46,581 nucleotides of DNA. It comes from Deltaproteobacteria bacterium. GTDB taxonomy: Bacteria; Myxococcota_A; UBA796. Positions 18,028-27,208 of this stretch are shown one piece after another (within the stretch, counting starts at the first letter, position 1; each line of letters starts with the position of its first letter). Below the pieces are notes generated by a model. It was not told where the DNA came from. It saw only the letters and a list, made by a program, of their open reading frames with translations, and did not search any database. The position numbers and the translations under genes were made by a program. The stretch covers positions 1 through 46,581 of the forward strand of contig NYTD01000284.1 of the NCBI GenBank assembly GCA_002683315.1. Reading direction: 5' to 3'.

Positions 18028-18032
18028 ATGCT

Positions 18033-18605
18033 TTACTTTTCCTTGGTAGGTTCTTCACCCTTTTTGATCGGATGCTGCGCAAGTCTCTCGGTCAGATAAG
18101 CAGCCTTATCAGCATTCATTGCCGCAAGAATCTTTCCCGACTTCGCTGCACTCATCTCCTCAAGAACAAGTACAGAAACATCGTCATCTGTTTTTTCAAG
18201 GATCGCTGCAGCCTGTTTAGCACGAACCTTTTCAAAACGAGCAACAATCGCTTTGACTTTTTCTTTCTTTTTCCCATCCATCTCTTTCATTTTTTCATCA
18301 AGTTCATCACGTATCTCTCTGAGGTCGTCGATCTGATCCTGAAGATTTTTTTTCGCTTCACGGATATTTTTTTCTTTGTTGAGTATATCCTTTTCTCTTC
18401 GAATAAGAGCTTGTTGTCGGGCACTAAGTAGTGAAGAGGTGGACTCCAAACAGTCTGCGAATTCCTTCTCTTCTTTTTCTTCTTTGTTCTCGGTATTGGT
18501 TGTTTGTGCCACCGCTTGTGCCAAAACAGCAAAGAGAACTCCGACGAAAAACATCCCCGCAAACTTTGCATATGTCCACAGTTGAACTCTTCGTTCTATA
18601 TTCAT
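18033..18605 (-). CDS. FlbB/YlxF-like flagellar protein (N-terminal TM, coiled coil, MgtE_N-like C-domain)
   Basis: TM FAGMFFVGVLFAVLAQAVA, K/E-rich coiled coil, then AAAILEKTDDDVSVLVLEEMSAAKSGKILAAMNADKAAYLTERL, which resembles the MgtE intracellular N domain. Sits between fliJ and fliK, as ylxF (Bacillus) and flbB (Borrelia) do. ATG 18605 is preferred: ATGA overlap with the fliJ stop and GAAGAGG upstream. Confidence 0.6.
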   Translation of the reverse strand: MNIERRVQLWTYAKFAGMFFVGVLFAVLAQAVAQTTNTENKEEKEEKEFADCLESTSSLLSARQQALIRREKDILNKEKNIREAKKNLQDQIDDLREIRDELDEKMKEMDGKKKEKVKAIVARFEKVRAKQAAAILEKTDDDVSVLVLEEMSAAKSGKILAAMNADKAAYLTERLAQHPIKKGEEPTKEK

Positions 18606-19018
18606 CTGCCTCTTCCCCATCGCATGATCGCTACTTCATCATTGATACGATCTACTTGCTTTTTATAACTCTTTTTCTCTTTTTCTTCCAGTGTTTCAAT
18701 TACTCTTGACATTACTTTGCTTTCTATTTGAGCCTCAATCATTTCCTTTCTACGTTCTTCTGCTACAGTAGACGCCTCTTGAAGTTCTTGTTCTGTCTTC
18801 TGTATATCGATATGCCTTTGCATATTCAGGTAATCTTGCAAGACTCGCATCCCCATACTTTCAACTTGAACCTGACGTTCTTCTTCTAGTCTACGATGCT
18901 TTTCTCGTACTTGCGTCTCTTTCTCTCTTCTGGTTTGCTCGGCTTGTGCATATTGAAGAGCCTTTTCTCTCTTCTCTTGATCTCTTAACTTTTGCAATGT
19001 TGTATAGACTGTTCTCAT
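18602..19018 (-). CDS. fliJ: Flagellar export chaperone/stalk protein FliJ
   Basis: 138-aa all-coiled-coil R/E/K/Q-rich protein directly after fliI in transcription order; GAGG upstream of the ATG. Confidence 0.65.
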   Translation of the reverse strand: MRTVYTTLQKLRDQEKREKALQYAQAEQTRREKETQVREKHRRLEEERQVQVESMGMRVLQDYLNMQRHIDIQKTEQELQEASTVAEERRKEMIEAQIESKVMSRVIETLEEKEKKSYKKQVDRINDEVAIMRWGRGR

Positions 19019-19039
19019 AATATATGAACCTCATTTTCT

Positions 19040-19070
19040 ATTATAGCTAGCAATCACATCTTTGTGTCAA
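19040..19070 (-). promoter_or_regulatory. Candidate sigma70-type promoter upstream of fliJ (TTGACA-N19-TATAAT)
   Basis: On the minus strand, the -35 TTGACA (19065-19070) and -10 TATAAT (19040-19045) are both perfect consensus hexamers. The spacer is 19 nt (long). The element lies in the 124-nt fliI-fliJ gap, about 20 nt upstream of the fliJ ATG. Confidence 0.4.
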
Positions 19071-19142
19071 ATTCTTAGGATATATTTCTATGGAGACTCT
19101 TGTAAAAGAACAGAGTATTGTTTCTGTAAAGGCATGAAAAAA

Positions 19143-20477
19143 CTACACTCGCGTACGTACTTTTTTCTGTTTGGCTGTGATTCCTTCATATAGCAGTTGC
19201 ATCAATTTTTTCATCTCTTCAAACGACGTCTTATCCTCACGGTCCTGCTGTAAAAAAGCATCGATCTGAGGTTTAAACTGTATGCTTAAATCCACAAGAG
19301 CATCACTTCCCTTCTTATATGCCCCCAAACGAATCAATTCTTCATTCTCTTGATACACTGCGAGGATCTTTCGCATCTCTTGTGCCCATGATAGCTGCTC
19401 TCTACTCGCTGTTTCAGACATGGTTCGTGATAAACTTTCCAAAACATCAATCGGAGGATAGTGCCCATAGCTGACAAGGCGTCGAGACAAAACAATATGA
19501 CCATCCACGATACTTCGAACAGTGTCTCCAATCGGATCGTTAATATCATCCCCTTCTATCAAAACTGTACTTACAGATGTAATACTTCCACCATTCTCAC
19601 CCATTCCACCTCGCTCAAGTAAGCGAGGTAATAGTGTAAAAACAGACGGTGGATACCCTTTACTTGTTGGGGGCTCCCCTGCAGCCAGTCCAAGTTGTCT
19701 TTGCGCCATCGCCAAACGAGTTAAGGAATCTGTCATCATGAGAACGCGCTTTCCTTGATCTCGAAAATATTCAGCAATGGATGTAGCGGCTTGTACTCCC
19801 TTGATCTGCAGTGCTGGACTCACATCAGATGTAGATACAACGACAACAGATTTCGATAGTCCCTCAGCAAGATCCCGCTCCATGAATTCACGAACCTCAC
19901 GCCCACGCTCTCCTACCAATGCAATAACGTTTACATCTGCTTTTGCATGACGTGCCAGCATTCCCATTAGAGTACTTTTACCAACTCCAGAACCAGCCAT
20001 AATACTAATACGCTGTCCTTCCCCCAAAGATAAAAGACCATCGATTGCTCGAACACCTGTTGGAAGAGTCGCTTCTATTAGTTGTCTTTGTAAAGGATTG
20101 GGAGCGCTTGCGTACAAAGAACGAACTTCATTACAAATTGGCTGGGGTTTACCATCAAGTGCGCGACCAAGAGGATCTATGGCTCTCCCCAAAAGAGCTT
20201 CACCAACAGGAACATTTATCTGTTGTGATAAATATTCTACAGTATCACCTTTACGTAATACAGGAATTTTATCCAATGGCATTAAAAGAGCAATCTGTTC
20301 TCGGAAACCAATAACCTCACAAATAGAACCATGAATATGTGCAAGAGAACCACATGACACCTTTGGAGAACTCGCTTCTATTAATTCTCCAATCACCTTA
20401 AGGACAACACCACAAACCGTTCTTCCAGAAACCAATCGTGCTTGATGACTCAAAGATTCCAACCCCAGAACACTCAC
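19143..20477 (-). CDS. fliI: Flagellum-specific ATPase FliI
   Basis: Walker A GSGVGKSTL, Walker B VLMMTDSLTR, F1/T3SS ATPase body. GTG 20477 is preferred: AAGGAGA lies 5 nt upstream and GTGA overlaps the fliH stop. The track's TTG 20495 is less likely. Confidence 0.95.
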   Translation of the reverse strand: MSVLGLESLSHQARLVSGRTVCGVVLKVIGELIEASSPKVSCGSLAHIHGSICEVIGFREQIALLMPLDKIPVLRKGDTVEYLSQQINVPVGEALLGRAIDPLGRALDGKPQPICNEVRSLYASAPNPLQRQLIEATLPTGVRAIDGLLSLGEGQRISIMAGSGVGKSTLMGMLARHAKADVNVIALVGERGREVREFMERDLAEGLSKSVVVVSTSDVSPALQIKGVQAATSIAEYFRDQGKRVLMMTDSLTRLAMAQRQLGLAAGEPPTSKGYPPSVFTLLPRLLERGGMGENGGSITSVSTVLIEGDDINDPIGDTVRSIVDGHIVLSRRLVSYGHYPPIDVLESLSRTMSETASREQLSWAQEMRKILAVYQENEELIRLGAYKKGSDALVDLSIQFKPQIDAFLQQDREDKTSFEEMKKLMQLLYEGITAKQKKVRTRV

Positions 20478-21073
20478 TCTTTCTCCTTGACCCAATTTTC
20501 CAGTAATTCAAAGAATGATTGAAAAACAGGATCAAGCTCCGTCTTCCAAAAGACTTGTTCATGTGAAAAACGCACACCAAGTTGAAGATCTTCTTTTGTC
20601 GATATAGTCCATCCTGACCGACCGGAAAGCAACTTTTCCGTTAGTTCTAAGAATTCAGGTGAAACCTCAACATGAATATTTTTTTTGTCACTTAGCTCCA
20701 TGATCGCTTGCGAAATCATATCGTGTACTGCTACCTGATGAAAATTTGGATCTTGAATAAGTTGCTGTAAAAAAGAAGTCCAAATGGAATATATATGCTC
20801 GCGAACTTCACTTTTCCACACCGAAAGTTGATCTTCACAAATCGATACAATCCTTTGAAAATCTTCTCTCTCTTTATCCCAAATTAGTTTTTCTTGCTCG
20901 TGATGTTGTTGTTGTTCGGACAATTGTGCTAATAGACGCTCATTTTCTTGTATTGAGTCCTTGTATAAGGTCTCGTAGTCTACTTCGGGTTCACTTGGAG
21001 GAGGAGCTTCTTTTTTGGATTGAACACTATGTTGTATCATCGAAGAAAAAGATACAAACGTCGATTTTTTCAT
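20474..21073 (-). CDS. fliH: Flagellar export ATPase regulator FliH
   Basis: 199 aa between fliG and fliI, with a central charged helix and a C-terminal FliH-like segment (IHVEVSPEFLELTEKLL..GWTISTKEDLQLGVRFSHEQ..). Confidence 0.7.
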   Translation of the reverse strand: MKKSTFVSFSSMIQHSVQSKKEAPPPSEPEVDYETLYKDSIQENERLLAQLSEQQQHHEQEKLIWDKEREDFQRIVSICEDQLSVWKSEVREHIYSIWTSFLQQLIQDPNFHQVAVHDMISQAIMELSDKKNIHVEVSPEFLELTEKLLSGRSGWTISTKEDLQLGVRFSHEQVFWKTELDPVFQSFFELLENWVKEKE

Positions 21074-21103
21074 TGTTTCTCCAGCAGCTCAACAAAGCAG
21101 TGA

Positions 21104-22099
21104 TTATCCTTCTCGACCATAACCCAATCCTGGAATATGTTCTTCATCTGCACGTTTCATCACAGCCGCAATGAGATCCAGCTGAGCTTTTTCTACTTCA
21201 TCTTTGGCAATACGCATACCTATATTTTCACGGATTTCATCACGCATTTTACTGGAAAATATACCCATAAAATGATCAACAAGCGCATCATCAGCACCAT
21301 TTAATGCTGTTGTAATCAACTCTTGTCCCAAATCTTCTTTAAAAGTAACCAAAATTTCAACTGGAACACGTATGAGATCGTCAATCTTAACCATGTTCTT
21401 ACGAAGATTTTCTGACAAGTCTGGTTCTTCATCTTCAACAGCATCGAGGATAGGTCTTCTATCTTCATCTCTCATCTTGGCCAAAATTCGAGCTGTATTT
21501 TCCAAACCACCTACTTCTACATAATCATCTACAGCACCCAAAGCCTCTCGTATCGCATTCATTACATCATCTGCCAGATCTCCCGGAATTTGACGTAAAC
21601 GCGACATACGAATCGTTACATCTCCTTGCCGATGAGGATCCATAAACTTTAAAATTTGAGCAGCATTTATGGGTCCCATAAGAGCCAATGCTACGGCTTG
21701 AACTTGCGGCTGCTCTTCTTTTAATAAAGCGGCTACCGCACCCGGTTGGCGATTACCAATAAATATCTCAAAGTCTTTGTTTACTCTTCGAGAAATCAGT
21801 GGCATGATATCCGTACGACGATCATCATCAAGTAGATCAGGTAAAACCGATTGAACAAAATCTGGACCGGAATGATGAAATAAGGAAGTTCCATGAAGAT
21901 CTTCAATGAAATCACGAACGACAGACTCTATCTTCGATTTCGAAGGTCTATCGAGTTCCGCCATCGCGATTCCAACACGCTGAACTTCTTCTTTACTCAA
22001 CATTCGAAGCATTTGTGCGGCAACTTCCTTACGAAGAAACATTAGAAGTATGGCTGCTTTCTGTACCCCTGTGAGACTTTGACTCTGTTCTTCTGACAT
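21104..22099 (-). CDS. fliG: Flagellar motor switch protein FliG
   Basis: 331 aa. N-terminal LTGVQKAAILLMFL, armadillo-like repeats, charged C-terminal torque helix region (..EVEKAQLDLIAAVMKRADEE). Confidence 0.93.
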   Translation of the reverse strand: MSEEQSQSLTGVQKAAILLMFLRKEVAAQMLRMLSKEEVQRVGIAMAELDRPSKSKIESVVRDFIEDLHGTSLFHHSGPDFVQSVLPDLLDDDRRTDIMPLISRRVNKDFEIFIGNRQPGAVAALLKEEQPQVQAVALALMGPINAAQILKFMDPHRQGDVTIRMSRLRQIPGDLADDVMNAIREALGAVDDYVEVGGLENTARILAKMRDEDRRPILDAVEDEEPDLSENLRKNMVKIDDLIRVPVEILVTFKEDLGQELITTALNGADDALVDHFMGIFSSKMRDEIRENIGMRIAKDEVEKAQLDLIAAVMKRADEEHIPGLGYGREG

Positions 22100-22119
22100 T
22101 TATATACCTTCTTGAAGAT

Positions 22120-23676
22120 TTAGCTTGACCGAATCCAACGTTTTATTACTTCTGCAGACGGATGCTCAAATCTTTCTACAAGATTGTTCAATTCATTTTT
22201 GTCAGCTGTTGTGAAATCACGAGCAAGAAGTTGTAATCTATCCAGATCACCTTCGTTTGCAGTATTGTCTATCTGACGTCTTCTCTCTGTGTCTTTCCTA
22301 TTTTGATCTTGTTGCATAGAGGATGTGATGGACTGTACAAATGGACGAATAATTCCAATATACATGATCAATAATCCCAAAATCATGACAATGACATACC
22401 TCCATTCATTTATCCAAGAGACACCTTCCGAAGAAACTTCTTGAACATCTTGTGAAAGACCTGCAAATGGTACGAAAGAGACTTTTACATCATCACGCTC
22501 ATCCTTAAACCCTACTGTATTTTTTGCCGCTTTTTCTATATCTTCGCGCAATGTGTCAAGACTATTATCTTGCGAGGTTTTTATCAGTTCATTTGCTGTT
22601 GCCAAATCGATCAAAATAGCCACAGATATCCTTTTAATAGAACCAGCCGGCTTCACTTCTCGTTCGTTAACTCGCGTATAATCGTAATTTGTTGAAGACT
22701 GAAACTTATTCTCACCATTTCCCTCTTCTGCAGGTGGAGCTTGTTCTGGAAGATTGGTCTCTGCACCAGGAATTCCTTGTGGATTCGCTTCTTTACTCGA
22801 GGCCTCATTCAATCGTTCAGATATTGTCACTTGTGTATCTGGAAGTAGTTGTGTTGAATTTTTTTCGACAGCTTCTGTATTCAATTCTACATTTACAGTC
22901 GTAGAGATTTGCTGTGTCGATCCAATTACCAATCCAAGAAGATTCATCAACTTCTTTCGATACTGAGACTCATATTTGTATTTCAATTCAAAAATAGAAC
23001 TACTACCACCATTCATTACATCTTCTTCGTTCTCTTCTTCCCCTGATAGTAATTTTCCAGAATCATCAACGAGAACAACATCTTTTGGAGACAACCCCTT
23101 TACGGCACCAGCGACAAGATGTGTGATACCTCTCACTTGTAGAGGAGAAAGCATTGAACCGGGATCAAGTTGGACTGTAACACTCGCAGATCCTTTGCTA
23201 TTTCTATTCATAAATGGAGAATCTTCTGGCTCTACAATATGAACACGACATGCAGTGACTTCATCCAAAGCATTAATGGTACGCGTTAATTCTCCTTGCA
23301 ACAAGTTCATGTATACCCAGCGTTCGTGCTGTGGAGATGAACCGAGCTCAATACTTCCCAATGCCTCCATGCCAGAAATACTACCGGAACCTGTAGAAAT
23401 AATACGTGCTTTTCCAACATTTATATGAGATGTTTCTATTGCCGTGCCATCTGAAGAAATCTTATGATCAATACCCGCATCATCGAGTGCACTGGAAGCT
23501 GCTCGAACACGAGAGAGATCCGAAGATCGCAACACTGTAGTGTAATTGTCTGAGCCTGCCCATACGATAACACCAATCATCAAACCAAAAACCAGCATAA
23601 AAAAGACAGCTAGCGAGGTTTTTTGCCCACTATTTAGATTGTCGATAGACTCTTTTAACTGTTCGGTTAGACTCAC
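22120..23676 (-). CDS. fliF: Flagellar MS-ring protein FliF
   Basis: 518 aa, GTG start with AGGAA upstream. Two TM helices (near residue 25 and near residue 430) flank a large periplasmic region; the C-terminal tail binds FliG in characterised homologues. Confidence 0.92.
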   Translation of the reverse strand: MSLTEQLKESIDNLNSGQKTSLAVFFMLVFGLMIGVIVWAGSDNYTTVLRSSDLSRVRAASSALDDAGIDHKISSDGTAIETSHINVGKARIISTGSGSISGMEALGSIELGSSPQHERWVYMNLLQGELTRTINALDEVTACRVHIVEPEDSPFMNRNSKGSASVTVQLDPGSMLSPLQVRGITHLVAGAVKGLSPKDVVLVDDSGKLLSGEEENEEDVMNGGSSSIFELKYKYESQYRKKLMNLLGLVIGSTQQISTTVNVELNTEAVEKNSTQLLPDTQVTISERLNEASSKEANPQGIPGAETNLPEQAPPAEEGNGENKFQSSTNYDYTRVNEREVKPAGSIKRISVAILIDLATANELIKTSQDNSLDTLREDIEKAAKNTVGFKDERDDVKVSFVPFAGLSQDVQEVSSEGVSWINEWRYVIVMILGLLIMYIGIIRPFVQSITSSMQQDQNRKDTERRRQIDNTANEGDLDRLQLLARDFTTADKNELNNLVERFEHPSAEVIKRWIRSS

Positions 23677-23745
23677 GGAAGTTTCCTAAATTATTTCGAA
23701 TAATGCTATTTATCTAGGTTTTGGCGTTTTGAAAAGGGAGAAGAT

Positions 23746-24072
23746 TTAAATACTCATATTTATTATCTTTTGATACCCTTCTAGTAATTTATCTCGAATA
23801 GATACTGCAAACCGAAGAGTTACATCTGCCTCTTGCAAAGCAATCATTGTACCATGGATGTCCACATCCTCTCCACTCGCCAAACGCTCAAGTTTGAGGT
23901 CGGCAACACGTTGAGAATCATCAATATGTTGGATCGCATCTGTTAACCGCTTCTGGACTGGGGTAGACTCCATTTTGGTTTGAAATGACGCCTCTCCTTT
24001 CGGAGCCTGAACCCTACGAACCGTTGAAGGAGAATATAGAGATGTAAGATTAGAAGTATTGGGAATCTTCAT
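23746..24072 (-). CDS. fliE: Flagellar hook-basal body protein FliE
   Basis: 108 aa; C-terminal IHGTMIALQEADVTLRFAVSIRDKLLEGYQKIINMSI matches the FliE signature. Confidence 0.9.
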   Translation of the reverse strand: MKIPNTSNLTSLYSPSTVRRVQAPKGEASFQTKMESTPVQKRLTDAIQHIDDSQRVADLKLERLASGEDVDIHGTMIALQEADVTLRFAVSIRDKLLEGYQKIINMSI

Positions 24073-24491
24073 TTAACTATCTCCAACGCTAAATTGGCAA
24101 GCTGATATGTTGTTTCCACGGCAGAAGTATTCGCTTCATAACTCCTCGATGTTGTCATCATATCAACCATCTCATACAAAATATCTACATTGGGATATCG
24201 TACATATCCTTCTTCATCCGCATCCGGATGAGCAGGATCAAACACCTGTCGAAAATCTGCTTGACTCTTTTTTATATCAACGACTTCTACCCGGGCCATA
24301 TTTCTATCGACTTGACTTCCAAAAGGATCATGTGTAATCGCCTTAAAAACAGGCATTTTTCGACGGTAAGGTTCTCCTTCTTGTGTAGAAGTACTACGCG
24401 CATTGGCTATATTGGATGAAATAGCCTGCAAGCGGACTCGCTGAGCACTCATACCACTTGCGGAAATGCGTAATGTATCCAAAATATTCAT
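24069..24491 (-). CDS. flgC: Flagellar proximal rod protein FlgC
   Basis: ISASGMSAQRVRLQAISSNIANARST N-terminus and SRSYEANTSAVETTYQLANLALEI C-terminus. Confidence 0.95.
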   Translation of the reverse strand: MNILDTLRISASGMSAQRVRLQAISSNIANARSTSTQEGEPYRRKMPVFKAITHDPFGSQVDRNMARVEVVDIKKSQADFRQVFDPAHPDADEEGYVRYPNVDILYEMVDMMTTSRSYEANTSAVETTYQLANLALEIVK

Positions 24492-24899
24492 CTATCCCTT
24501 CCCATTACTTGCTATAAAGCGAATCATTCCCATTCGCTTACTGATTCCTTTTGTCACAGTTCGAAACATCATTGCATTTGACTTTAATCGAACCATCTCT
24601 CTTTCTAATGAAACTGAGTTTCCATCTATTACCCAAGGAGCAGGCTCTTGTTCATAAATTTCAGGCTCTTGAGTTGTACCACTAAGTCCGGAAAAGTGTC
24701 GATGATCTGTTTTTTTCATCGCTTCATCATTGGTACCCACTGCATCTTTCAATAGCTCATCAAAACGTATTGAGCGAGCTTTGAAAAAAGGAGTATCTAC
24801 ATTGGCTATATTACTGGTTGTAAGTGAATGTTGCTTTTGACGTAAGTCCAAAACAGAATTCAAACCAGTATGAAGCCTATCGAATAATAGATCTTTCAT
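24492..24899 (-). CDS. flgB: Flagellar proximal rod protein FlgB
   Basis: 135 aa; LDLRQKQHSLTTSNIANVDTPFFKA rod-family N-terminal motif; AGGGGG SD upstream. Confidence 0.92.
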   Translation of the reverse strand: MKDLLFDRLHTGLNSVLDLRQKQHSLTTSNIANVDTPFFKARSIRFDELLKDAVGTNDEAMKKTDHRHFSGLSGTTQEPEIYEQEPAPWVIDGNSVSLEREMVRLKSNAMMFRTVTKGISKRMGMIRFIASNGKG

Positions 24900-24928
24900 A
24901 CTTTACCCCCTTTTTAAAACTACCACGA

Positions 24929-24957
24929 TATATAGTGAGTTGAATGGAAAAAATCAA
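24929..24957 (-). promoter_or_regulatory. Candidate sigma70-type promoter for the flgB operon (TTGATT-N17-TATATA)
   Basis: Minus strand: -35 TTGATT (24952-24957), 17-nt spacer, -10 TATATA (24929-24934), about 30 nt upstream of the flgB ATG in the 90-nt spacer. In an AT-rich context a chance match is possible. Confidence 0.35.
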
Positions 24958-24989
24958 ACATTTTCACATCTCTGCCATCAAGAGTATCC

Positions 24990-27206
24990 TTACTTACTTT
25001 GTGATTTCCATTTTTCATACTCTGTTGTAAAATCATCATTATCTTTCTTTTCGCGCAATAATTTATTCCATAAGAATTCTTCTTCTTCAGACCCTGGAAG
25101 AATTTCAAAATTACGACCATCATATTTAGACATCAGATAGTTCATTCTCGCTTCCTCTTCGGGTGTGACTCCCTTCTGAATCTTTGCATAGTCTAAATAT
25201 GCTGTTGCATCTGTAACTTTACTGTTTTCTGCCGCACAATGAGCGAAACCGTACATGTGCGCTATAGAAAAGACAGCATCAATTTCGGGCTGAGATAAGA
25301 TTGCGGGGGTCACCTCACGTACAAATTGATCACACTTTTCTTGTTGCGAAAAAACGACCCCCAATAAGTATCGAGCTTGGGTTCGAAACTGACGAGAGGC
25401 TTTCACCTTACGTAATATCTTTTCAGCATCTTCATAACGCTCATCATCTATCAACAGTTCTGCTCGTAAAATTTCTATTTCATTCTTTGTCTTTGCCGAG
25501 AGATTGTCCGTTGATATTAGCGCAAGTGTTGCCAAACCTTCTCTTCGACCATTTCGAGTCTGCTTATATAATTTGGCTGTGGTAATAAAACTTTTTGCTT
25601 CTTCTTCTTCTGTAAAGAAAGGCTGTTGTTGTGGTCGAAGTTTACGCGTTAAGAAAATGGCTTCTTCCTCAAAGCCAAAATTCATATATGCATCAATGAC
25701 ATGCTGAAAGACTTGTGGATCCAAAGCATAATCCAACATATCATCAAACCAAATTTCTTCATGAAGCTCTATAATTCCTCCCCAATCTTCTTTCTCTTGC
25801 AAGTCAATCACTTCTAAGTAGTATAGAGCCCATAAATTTGAGCCAGCATCAGACAAACGCGCCTGCTCAAATTCAAGAATAAACTTTTTCCACGCTTTCA
25901 TTGCATAGGTAGGAGCACTCAACATTGTATGAATTTGCGCGATCAAATACATTGCTTCGGCTCTGGCCTCTTCTTCTGATGCCAGATTATTGGCTACTCG
26001 ATACAGAAATGGAATGGTATGAGGCCACTTTGCATGAACATTAACTTCTTCGTTTAGAATAGCCAAAATATGACGCATCATCGATAATTCTTGTGGAACA
26101 CTTCTCCAAACTTTTTTGGCTTCATCCATACGATCATCAACATAAAGAGCATCACCATAACGGAGAGCTACACGCGTATCTTTTTCTGGCTCGTCTAAAA
26201 ATACACCTCTATCGTATAAGTCTGAGAGCAACTCCAAACTTTCACGATAATAGCCACTCATTTGAAAAAGTTCTGCTGCCAATAAAAGATGGTTCGGCTC
26301 TGCAGTCATAGCTCGTAATGTCTGTGCCAACTTCTTTCTACTCGGATACCCAGTTTCATGACTCAAATATGCGAGAGCCCCTAAGGTTTGTAAATCACTT
26401 CCACCATATGAATATGCACTTTGAACACCTTTTTGATAGGTTCCCCATTCTCTTTTACGTAAAGAGAGGTGTGTGTCTACAATTGCACGACAACGAGGAG
26501 AAGTACTCCCAATTCTATCTTGGTGTTTTTCAAAATAATAATCCGCTTCGAAAAATAATTCTTCCTGATAATACTTCCACCCAAGAGCATACAGAGCATC
26601 TCCCCACTCTGTAAACATCGCTTCTGATTTCATTAGATTATAATAAGCTTTTAATTCAGCTATTGATTTCTCCCTCAGCGAATCTTTGGGTGAACATAAC
26701 GAAAAAAATTGATTGTCGAACTGCAGTGGAAGAGACATCGCTCCTCCATGGAGGAATAAGATCTTCATATCTGGAGGATAGATCTGATCTTGTTCTTCTT
26801 CTGTCGCCGTCAGAAACTCTTCAACACTATATGGAGAATCGTATGAAACATATTCTATTCCTCGATCCTCTAGGACCCAGATATCCATGTATCCATTACT
26901 AATGGTGACATCCAAAGTATAAATATCCAAATAAAAGAAGATTCGTAGAACCCAAGAATCTTCATCCAATCGGACTGGAACCAATCTTTGAATCTTATCT
27001 GTATAGATCGACCTGTATTTTTCTTCGAATTTACACTTGGGGCATTTGTGTATCACAACTTCTGACATTTTTGGTTGAATCTTTTGAAGGACATGTACAT
27101 AAGAACCTTCTTTGACTGGCAATCGCAGTTCAGCCGTCACAGGCTCTTGCGCTTGAACCAGTCCAAACCAAAAAAAAATCGTAATAAGTAAAGTTGACAT
27201 TGTCAC
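24990..27206 (-). CDS. Secreted 738-aa protein: beta-rich N-domain + long TPR-like helical repeat region (flagellar-cluster associated)
   Basis: Signal peptide MTMSTLLITIFFWFGLVQA/QEP; roughly 120-aa beta-like N-domain; the rest is helical with TPR-like periodicity (W/Y/A/L repeats, e.g. GDALYALGWKYYQEELFFEADYYFEKH). The start is 2 nt after the upstream OMP gene's stop. Confidence 0.7.
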   Translation of the reverse strand: MTMSTLLITIFFWFGLVQAQEPVTAELRLPVKEGSYVHVLQKIQPKMSEVVIHKCPKCKFEEKYRSIYTDKIQRLVPVRLDEDSWVLRIFFYLDIYTLDVTISNGYMDIWVLEDRGIEYVSYDSPYSVEEFLTATEEEQDQIYPPDMKILFLHGGAMSLPLQFDNQFFSLCSPKDSLREKSIAELKAYYNLMKSEAMFTEWGDALYALGWKYYQEELFFEADYYFEKHQDRIGSTSPRCRAIVDTHLSLRKREWGTYQKGVQSAYSYGGSDLQTLGALAYLSHETGYPSRKKLAQTLRAMTAEPNHLLLAAELFQMSGYYRESLELLSDLYDRGVFLDEPEKDTRVALRYGDALYVDDRMDEAKKVWRSVPQELSMMRHILAILNEEVNVHAKWPHTIPFLYRVANNLASEEEARAEAMYLIAQIHTMLSAPTYAMKAWKKFILEFEQARLSDAGSNLWALYYLEVIDLQEKEDWGGIIELHEEIWFDDMLDYALDPQVFQHVIDAYMNFGFEEEAIFLTRKLRPQQQPFFTEEEEAKSFITTAKLYKQTRNGRREGLATLALISTDNLSAKTKNEIEILRAELLIDDERYEDAEKILRKVKASRQFRTQARYLLGVVFSQQEKCDQFVREVTPAILSQPEIDAVFSIAHMYGFAHCAAENSKVTDATAYLDYAKIQKGVTPEEEARMNYLMSKYDGRNFEILPGSEEEEFLWNKLLREKKDNDDFTTEYEKWKSQSK

Positions 27207-27208
27207 AC

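Noticed and set aside
24960-24980. Sigma54-like TGGCAG-N..-TGAAA sequence upstream of flgB (minus strand).
   Set aside because: The -24 GG is present, but the -12 element reads TGAA instead of TTGC at the required spacing. This is not a credible RpoN promoter.
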